Of a DNA stretch of 64,000 nt, positions 57,737-64,000 are shown piece by piece. This DNA comes from Chlamydiota bacterium (lineage in GTDB: Bacteria; Chlamydiota; Chlamydiia; Chlamydiales; RGXB01): contig CANLTW010000003.1 of NCBI GenBank assembly GCA_947494155.1, positions 61,016 through 125,015 of the forward strand. Direction: 5' to 3'. Each line of letters opens with the position of its first letter. Positions within the stretch are counted from its first letter, which is position 1. The position numbers and the translations under genes are program-made. Under the pieces are notes generated by a model, which did not search any database, was not told the origin of the DNA, and saw only the letters and a program-made list of their open reading frames with translations.

Positions 57737-59611
57737 TCAATCGATCTGTATTGCTAATATAGTGATGTCATCGCTCTGTTCTACTGAGGAGAACTCTTTG
57801 ATCCGCCGATAAAGATCTTCAATCAAGTTTTCGGGTGAGGCTACATCGATATTGCGAATCGCAGTAACAAGCCTTTCCATGCCAAAGAGCTTTTTAGCAT
57901 CATTCATCGCCTCGGTTACCCCATCTGTATAGGCTATTACCAGATCTTTTTCCTTTAATTGGACCTTTTGCACCTGGATCTCTTCCATTTTCTGGATCCC
58001 AAATGGGATCCCTTCCCCCTCGAGGAGTTGTACAGGCTGATCATGTCTTCGCAAAAGAGCTGGAGGGTGGCCGCAGGAGACATACTCCAGAGTTTTGGTA
58101 GCTGTATCTAAAATCCCGATCCAGGCCGTGACAAACATGCAATTTTCTATGGTATCTTTAAGGTACAGGTCGTTTACCTGGCGCACAATTTTTTCCAGAC
58201 TGTTCTCAAAAACCGAAACGCTGCGGACAAACCCCCTAAATCCTAAAGAGTATAAACAGGCCTGGATCCCCTTTCCCGCCACATCGCAGCACATTACAAG
58301 AATCCGCCCGTCAGACATCTCAAAATAGTCGAAAAGATCTCCGGCAACATCGATTGCAGGAAAATAAGAGGAGGCGATTTTTACGTTTGGTATCTGTATT
58401 TTAGTCGGCAAAAGCGATTTTTGGATTTCAAGAGCTAATAGCATTTGGGTTGCATAGCGCTCTTTTTCGGTCCTTTCGGTTCGAATTTCCTGAATCATAG
58501 ATTGGATTTTATCCATCAAACGGTTGTAGAGGTAACCCACGTAATTTACCTCAAAACCCCACTTATCGAAGTCAAATCTTGTCTCTAAATGCCCCTCTTC
58601 CCCCATTTGCATGACTCCGCAAAGATGGGATAGGGGTTTTGAAATCCTTAGGGTCAAAAGATAGGTCGCTCCCCCACCTAAAACAATAATAAATAAAAAT
58701 AAAGAACCTACCGTTGTGAAATACCCCTTAAGCTTGTCAGAAAAAATTTTTTTAGGGACATCCAAAGCAATCATAATCGGCAGCTGCCCTGCCGATTTAA
58801 AAACCATCAGCCGTGCATTACGGTCGATGGTGAACTCATACCCTAACTGGTTAGGGGTTAAATTGATAAGGTCTTGGCCGGTGATTTGAGGAACCGCTTT
58901 ATCAAGATTGATGTCTTCAACGGGACGTGCCAAAATAGTCTTCGTCAACCAACCCTTATGCGTTGATGCAAGAACATCCCCCCCGCTTGAGAGTATCGTC
59001 GTCTCTAAAAGGGGGATAGTTCCAAAACCGGTGATCTCATCCAACAAAAGTTGCATTGAGGTCGAGAGGGCGACCGCCCCTGTGATGAATTCGGTTTTAG
59101 GATCCTTTATTAGGCGAATCAGGTATAATGCATAATTCCCATCGGCATCTTTTCCTATAAATGATTTCCTCTTGAGAGTATCAATTTTTTTTAAATCTAT
59201 TTCACCGGAGAAGTTTTTTCCCACCAAAGAGGGGACACTGGAGGCAAAGCAGATCAATCCCGAGGAATCATTTTTTAAATATAAAATGGTGGAGATTGCC
59301 TCATCTGTAACAAACTGTGATAAAGATAAATTCAGATTGTCTACAGGTCTATTGGCAACGATCTCGTACAGTGCGTCCAAAAAGTGAGCCTGTAAGTCGG
59401 TAATCTCGTTAACGAATTTCAGGTGGTCTCCCAAGGAGATATTCAACGAATCGTAGACCTGGTTATACGCTCTATCGTACTCGCTTTTGTAGGTAAAGGC
59501 GGTGTAAAAAATAAGGGGGGTCACTAAAAAGGCGCAAGAGGTGATAAATACCCGCATAGCAAGCGAGCCTTTCATCCTAATTCTTGAATCTGTATCATGT
59601 TCTACACTCAT
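57737..59611 (-). CDS. rsbU: Membrane-bound PP2C/SpoIIE phosphatase RsbU (sensor-HAMP-PP2C)
   Basis: Two TM helices, periplasmic sensor, HAMP, GDLFD, DVAGKG, YTDGVTE, DDIT motifs. Confidence 0.88.
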   Translation of the reverse strand: MSVEHDTDSRIRMKGSLAMRVFITSCAFLVTPLIFYTAFTYKSEYDRAYNQVYDSLNISLGDHLKFVNEITDLQAHFLDALYEIVANRPVDNLNLSLSQFVTDEAISTILYLKNDSSGLICFASSVPSLVGKNFSGEIDLKKIDTLKRKSFIGKDADGNYALYLIRLIKDPKTEFITGAVALSTSMQLLLDEITGFGTIPLLETTILSSGGDVLASTHKGWLTKTILARPVEDINLDKAVPQITGQDLINLTPNQLGYEFTIDRNARLMVFKSAGQLPIMIALDVPKKIFSDKLKGYFTTVGSLFLFIIVLGGGATYLLTLRISKPLSHLCGVMQMGEEGHLETRFDFDKWGFEVNYVGYLYNRLMDKIQSMIQEIRTERTEKERYATQMLLALEIQKSLLPTKIQIPNVKIASSYFPAIDVAGDLFDYFEMSDGRILVMCCDVAGKGIQACLYSLGFRGFVRSVSVFENSLEKIVRQVNDLYLKDTIENCMFVTAWIGILDTATKTLEYVSCGHPPALLRRHDQPVQLLEGEGIPFGIQKMEEIQVQKVQLKEKDLVIAYTDGVTEAMNDAKKLFGMERLVTAIRNIDVASPENLIEDLYRRIKEFSSVEQSDDITILAIQID

Positions 59612-60338
59612 GATGCACCTTACCAGCCTTAAAAACTCAATAGTACAAAAAGCTCTTCGACTGCGGATCGATAAAACTTTTCGCTACACAGAGGGGCTAT
59701 GTCTTGTATTTAAAGACCACCTTCTCGAAGAATTAGCCCAATCCCACCCCATAGAGGTACTCTTCACTCTTGATCCATATCAAAATCCGCATGCAAAAGA
59801 AACGTTTTTTGTTACAAAAGAAATTTTAGAAAAAATAACCGGTCTCGCCTCTCAAGATAAATGGGCCGCTTTAGTAAAAATCCCCCCGTTTTCCGCAAAA
59901 AAAGGGGAAAAAATTCTAGTTTTTGACCGACTGCAAGACCCGGGAAACGTTGGGACTTTGATGCGAAGCATGGAGGCTTTTGGTTTTGATCAGGCCTTTT
60001 TTTTGGACTCCTCCGTTGACCCCTTTAACGAAAAAACGATCCGTTCTTCTATGGGAGCCGTTTTCCGTGTCCCTATAAGGATGGGTTCGCCGAAAGAGCT
60101 TTTGGAGGAAAATATCCCTCTAATAGGGGCAGATATGGAGGGTGTAAGCATAGAAACATTTTCCCCTCCGGCCTTATTTGCTCTCATTTTGGGTCATGAG
60201 GGGCAAGGAATTGACCCTTTGCTCAAAAAACACTCTACTCAAGTAAAAATACCTATGCTCTCCACAACTGAGTCCCTGAATGTGGCCCAAGCCGGTGCTA
60301 TTTTGCTCTATTTTTTAGGAAAAACTCGTGGACTTTGA
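59610..60338 (+). CDS. TrmH/SpoU-family RNA methyltransferase
   Basis: QDPGNVG, GHEGQG, IPM....ESLNVA motifs. Confidence 0.9.
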   Translation: MMHLTSLKNSIVQKALRLRIDKTFRYTEGLCLVFKDHLLEELAQSHPIEVLFTLDPYQNPHAKETFFVTKEILEKITGLASQDKWAALVKIPPFSAKKGEKILVFDRLQDPGNVGTLMRSMEAFGFDQAFFLDSSVDPFNEKTIRSSMGAVFRVPIRMGSPKELLEENIPLIGADMEGVSIETFSPPALFALILGHEGQGIDPLLKKHSTQVKIPMLSTTESLNVAQAGAILLYFLGKTRGL

Positions 60339-61359
60339 AGAAAAATTTAGCCCAAAAAAAAGGCAAATCAAGAAAGAACGAAAACTCAAGTCGCTCAAAG
60401 ATCGTTCCAAATACAAAAAAACCGACCAAAAAAAGGGGGAGGCATTTGTGGCCCCAAATCTTCCTAAAGGGAGGGTGATTTCTGTTCTTTCAGAGGGCAT
60501 CTTTGTCGAGTTCGAAGGGGCTGGGTTCTTGTGCGAGTTAAAAGGGGCTTTGAAAAAGGGGCGATCAAGACAAAAAAACCTTGTTTGCGTTGGGGATTAC
60601 GTCTTTTTTGATCCTGTGAAAAAAATGATCGAATCGATAAGTCCCAGGACGCATATCCTATCGCGAGCTGACCACTTACGACAAAGAAAAGAACAGCTGA
60701 TTGCGACTAATGTGGATCAGGTTCTGATATGTGTATCGGTTGCTTTTCCTCATATAAAACCCAACCTCATTGATCGTTACATAGTTGCGTGTTTAAGACA
60801 GAATATGCGCCCCGTTTTGGTTGTGAATAAAATGGATTTACCCCACCCCCCCTATCTTGAGGAACTGTTAGAGGTCTACGAAGAATTAGATATTCCCGTT
60901 TGCAGATTGAGCACCATGAACGATTATGGGATCGAAGATTTAAAAGAGCTTATGAGCGGCTACACAAATGTCTTGACTGGCCAGTCTGGTGTGGGAAAAA
61001 CTTCAATCCTCAATAAAATTGTTCAAGGCAATTACCGAGTTAAAGAAGTGATGACCAAAACACAAAAAGGCTCTCACACTACAACTACATCCCTTTTGAT
61101 CCCCCTTAAATCGGGTGGATATTGCATCGATACGCCAGGAATTAAGAGTTTTGGTCTTTTTAATCTAGATAAAAAAGAGATAGAACCTTTATTTAAAGAG
61201 ATACATAAAGCGGGAAAAAAATGTGCTTTTTCTCCCTGTAGCCATACCCATGAGCCCGAGTGCAATGTGAAAAAAAATGTGGAGAAGGGGAAAATCGCTC
61301 TAACCAGGTATCAATCTTACCTAACATTAATCGAAGGTGTAAAAGAGGATTATGAGTAG
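60328..61359 (+). CDS. rsgA: Ribosome small subunit-dependent GTPase RsgA
   Basis: NKMD, GQSGVGKTS, HTTT, DTPG, C.F..C.H..EP.C motifs. Confidence 0.95.
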   Translation: MDFEEKFSPKKRQIKKERKLKSLKDRSKYKKTDQKKGEAFVAPNLPKGRVISVLSEGIFVEFEGAGFLCELKGALKKGRSRQKNLVCVGDYVFFDPVKKMIESISPRTHILSRADHLRQRKEQLIATNVDQVLICVSVAFPHIKPNLIDRYIVACLRQNMRPVLVVNKMDLPHPPYLEELLEVYEELDIPVCRLSTMNDYGIEDLKELMSGYTNVLTGQSGVGKTSILNKIVQGNYRVKEVMTKTQKGSHTTTTSLLIPLKSGGYCIDTPGIKSFGLFNLDKKEIEPLFKEIHKAGKKCAFSPCSHTHEPECNVKKNVEKGKIALTRYQSYLTLIEGVKEDYE

Positions 61360-62548
61360 TAAAATTCAAGCGCTCATTGCAAGAGAAATTCTCGATTCTA
61401 GAGGGAATCCGACACTTGAGGTGGATTGTATTTTGGAGAGTGGCCACATCGGAAGAGCTTCGGTCCCCTCGGGGGCCTCGACCGGCTCTCATGAGGCGAT
61501 GGAGCTCAGAGACGCCAACGCTCACCGTTTTTTTGGAAAAGGGGTTTTAAAATGTATCTCCCATGTGCATCACGATATTCTCCCAGCTTTAAAAGGGCAC
61601 AAAGCTACAGAACAAATCTCTTTAGACCGGCTCTTGATTGATCTAGACGGTACCGAAAAAAAATACCGGCTGGGAGCAAATACCCTTTTAGCCGTCTCTT
61701 TGGCTGCGGCAAGAGCTAGTGCAAACTATTACAATCTTCCCCTTTTCCGCTACTTAGGGGGATCTGTACAACACAAACTCCCTTTCCCCTTCTTCAATAT
61801 TATTAATGGGGGAAAGCACGCCGATAACCACCTGGATTTCCAGGAATTCATGATCTCCCCACGCAAAGAAATTTTCAGCGAAAATCTTCGAGCAGGAACT
61901 GAGGTCTATCACACACTAAAAAAGCTTTTGCACAAGCATAAGCTGTCGACTAACGTGGGGGATGAGGGGGGATTTGCCCCAAATATCCAGTCTACAAAAG
62001 AGGCTCTGGAGATGATTGTAGAGTCGATTGAAAATGCAGGCTACCGCCCGGGCATAGACATTATGATCGGTCTTGATGTCGCCGCAAATGAGATAGAGCA
62101 TACCGATAATCTGATCGACCAGTACGTAGAGCTTGTCGAGAGATACCCTATAATCAGCATTGAGGATGGCTGTAAAGAGGATGATTTTGACGGCTGGCAT
62201 GAGTTAAATAGTCGGCTTGGATCACAAGTACAGCTCATCGGAGACGATCTTTTTGTGACCAATAAAAAACGGCTTGAATTTGGGATCAAACGGGATTTGG
62301 CAAACAGTATTTTGATTAAACCTAATCAGGTAGGTACTCTTACAGAAACGATTGAAACAGTGAAACTGGCGCAGGAAAACGGATTCAAAGTGATGTTTTC
62401 GCACCGTTCGGGCGAGACTGAAGACACCTTCATTTCCGATCTGTGTGTAGCCTTAAGTGTCGATCAAATCAAATCGGGTGCGCCCGCGAGAGGCGAGCGC
62501 GTCGCTAAATATAATCAGCTTCTAAGAATCGAAGAGCAGCTGAATTAA
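61352..62548 (+). CDS. eno: Enolase (compact, 398 aa)
   Basis: DSRGNPT, PSGASTG, GDEGGFAP, SHRSGETED motifs. Confidence 0.97.
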   Translation: MSSKIQALIAREILDSRGNPTLEVDCILESGHIGRASVPSGASTGSHEAMELRDANAHRFFGKGVLKCISHVHHDILPALKGHKATEQISLDRLLIDLDGTEKKYRLGANTLLAVSLAAARASANYYNLPLFRYLGGSVQHKLPFPFFNIINGGKHADNHLDFQEFMISPRKEIFSENLRAGTEVYHTLKKLLHKHKLSTNVGDEGGFAPNIQSTKEALEMIVESIENAGYRPGIDIMIGLDVAANEIEHTDNLIDQYVELVERYPIISIEDGCKEDDFDGWHELNSRLGSQVQLIGDDLFVTNKKRLEFGIKRDLANSILIKPNQVGTLTETIETVKLAQENGFKVMFSHRSGETEDTFISDLCVALSVDQIKSGAPARGERVAKYNQLLRIEEQLN

Positions 62549-62580
62549 ACTTTTTTCATAGGGGTAGAAAGTCCAAAAGA

Positions 62581-63114
62581 TTATTTTGGAACAATCCCCT
62601 TGTCTCCTGAGTGCCAGTCGGCCGGACAAACTTCTCCATGGGACTTATGATACTGGATTGCGTCCACAAGCCTTAGCACCTCGTTGACACCACGACCAAT
62701 ACCCAGATTATTGATCGACATATGTTCCACAAGCCCATCTGTGTCAATAATAAATGTACCTCTTAAAGAGATCCCCTTGTCAATAAGGGTGCCATAGTTC
62801 AAACAAATCGTTTTTGTAATATCGCTCACGATAGGGAAAGAGACCCTCTTGATCTCATGATTCCACCAAGCCCTGTGGGTGTAGACACTATCCGTAGATA
62901 TCGCCATTACCTCGCAATTTCTCTTGTGAAATTCGGCTATTTTTTCTTCAAAAGCGAGGAGTTCGGTAGGGCAAACAAAGGTAAAGTCCATGGGATAAAA
63001 TAGGAGGACCACAAATTTTCCTTTGTAATCTTTTAACTGGACATCAATAATCTCCCCCTTTTTGACAGCTTGCGCAACAAAATTTGGCGCTTGGTAACCA
63101 ATCAAAGTGGTCAT
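62581..63114 (-). CDS. ahpC: 2-Cys peroxiredoxin AhpC
   Basis: FYPMDFTFVCPTE and GEVCPA motifs. Confidence 0.95.
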   Translation of the reverse strand: MTTLIGYQAPNFVAQAVKKGEIIDVQLKDYKGKFVVLLFYPMDFTFVCPTELLAFEEKIAEFHKRNCEVMAISTDSVYTHRAWWNHEIKRVSFPIVSDITKTICLNYGTLIDKGISLRGTFIIDTDGLVEHMSINNLGIGRGVNEVLRLVDAIQYHKSHGEVCPADWHSGDKGIVPK

Positions 63115-63710
63115 AATTCTTCTCCTATAGTTGTTTTCGGCCCGTGCCCTGGATAAACGATCGTTTCAGGAGGCAGTTTTTTTAGTTTTTCCAGCGAACC
63201 TGCCATTTTTTCGGGCACCGCTGTAGGTAGATCCAACCTCCCAATCCCCCCTTTGAAAAGGGTATCTCCGGTTATCAGAACATTCTCCTTTTCAAAATAA
63301 AATGATACCGATCCGGGAGAGTGGCCGGGGGTCTCCAATACCACCCCTTCCACCTCACCAAAAAGGATCTTATCCCCCTCCTGAAAAAATTGCGGATCAC
63401 TTACCGCCTCAATTGTTTTAAAAGAGCGCAAACCATCCGAACCGGGTGCAATCACGTTTTTTTTGTCTAATGGATGGACATATAAGGGGATACCAAGATT
63501 GCTAAACTTCGCCATGTCCACAATATGGTCGTAATGAGAGTGTGTAAGAAGAATTTTTTGGATCTTGTAGGATTTTTCCTGAATAAGTGAGCTAAAAACC
63601 CGAAAACTGTAAAAGGAGGGGTCGATCAAAACAGCTTCATGAGTTTTTGAACAGACTAATAAAATCGTTCTCGTCTCAATGGGACCTAGGATTTTGTCGA
63701 TGATAAGCAT
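63111..63710 (-). CDS. Metallo-beta-lactamase-fold hydrolase (glyoxalase II/YcbL-like)
   Basis: THSHYDH, PGHSPG, GDTLF, PGHG motifs; ATG at 63710 (the GTG at 63719 lies inside the tRNA). Confidence 0.9.
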   Translation of the reverse strand: MLIIDKILGPIETRTILLVCSKTHEAVLIDPSFYSFRVFSSLIQEKSYKIQKILLTHSHYDHIVDMAKFSNLGIPLYVHPLDKKNVIAPGSDGLRSFKTIEAVSDPQFFQEGDKILFGEVEGVVLETPGHSPGSVSFYFEKENVLITGDTLFKGGIGRLDLPTAVPEKMAGSLEKLKKLPPETIVYPGHGPKTTIGEEL

Positions 63711-63714
63711 AAAA

Positions 63715-63788
63715 TGCACTGGTAGGGATTCGAACCCCAGACCTCATGGTTCGTAGCCATGCGCTCTATCCAACTGAGCTACCAGTGC
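63715..63788 (-). tRNA. tRNA-Arg(ACG), CCA not encoded
   Basis: GCACTGG acceptor stem, D-loop AGTTGGATAG, anticodon arm CATGG-CTACGAA-CCATG, GGTTCGAATCC T-arm. Confidence 0.97.
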
Positions 63789-63884
63789 GTAAAGTGAGTA
63801 AAGTATTCCACAAAATTGAATTTAAGGCAATCAGGGAAATAGGATAAAGATATCCCATCAATCATAAAGATTTAAAAAAATAAT

Positions 63885-64000
63885 TTATTTGAAGTGGCGA
63901 CTCAGAGCGGAGGCAAGCTTAAGCATATGCACAGGCTGGCTCCCGAGGATCGGCTCTAACACTTTATCTGGTACAATCATTTTTTTATTTTGAGGATCCT
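63885..64000 (-). CDS. C-terminal end of a SWIB/MDM2-domain protein (runs off the window)
   Basis: Manual translation ..DPQNKKMIVPDKVLEPILGSQPVHMLKLASALSRHFK* resembles the SWIB C-terminus. Confidence 0.7.
   Translation of the reverse strand, partial: DPQNKKMIVPDKVLEPILGSQPVHMLKLASALSRHFK

Noticed and set aside
1068..62404. Numerous 60-160 aa ORFs antisense to or nested within core genes (e.g. 11943-12362, 24527-25012, 45883-46350)
   Set aside because: Shadow frames of well-supported genes with no motifs or RBS evidence
1..64000. Mobile elements, prophage, defence systems, rRNA, tmRNA, RNase P or SRP RNA
   Set aside because: No transposase, integrase, phage or toxin motifs, and none of the conserved RNA signatures were recognised

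Overview
Core-genome segment of a member of the phylum Chlamydiota, probably an environmental lineage. The assignment rests on euo, a giant SecDF fusion, an NTT/TLC nucleotide transporter, UhpC, Mip, RsbW/RsbU and a SWIB-domain fragment. Gene blocks also match Chlamydia trachomatis neighbourhoods: fmt-lpxA-fabZ-lpxC-lnt; dacA-rsbW-lptE-bamD-dnaE-uhpC-aspS-mip-trxA; cmk/plsC-cdsA-uppS-secDF-recJ-euo; npt-pgsA-sohB-polA-coaE-rho. The window holds about 50 CDS and one tRNA-Arg(ACG). I found no transposase, integrase, phage gene, rRNA or CRISPR array. The most interesting signals are: (1) three unannotated, highly structured intergenic elements that look like ncRNAs (about 23.0-23.2 kb, 34.06-34.24 kb and 56.40-56.50 kb); (2) a tandem trio of divergent, signal-peptide-bearing helical paralogues behind a 0.5 kb AT-rich region, divergent from one of those RNAs; (3) an MGDG-synthase-like glycosyltransferase behind rho; (4) a minimal ATP-grasp protein coupled to a Cys-type MurA; (5) a Cmk-PlsC fusion; (6) repeated leaderless-type promoter geometry; (7) an FNR-box-like palindrome that carries the -35 boxes of two divergent promoters. 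All calls come from reading the sequence and recalled family motifs. No searches or folding were run.
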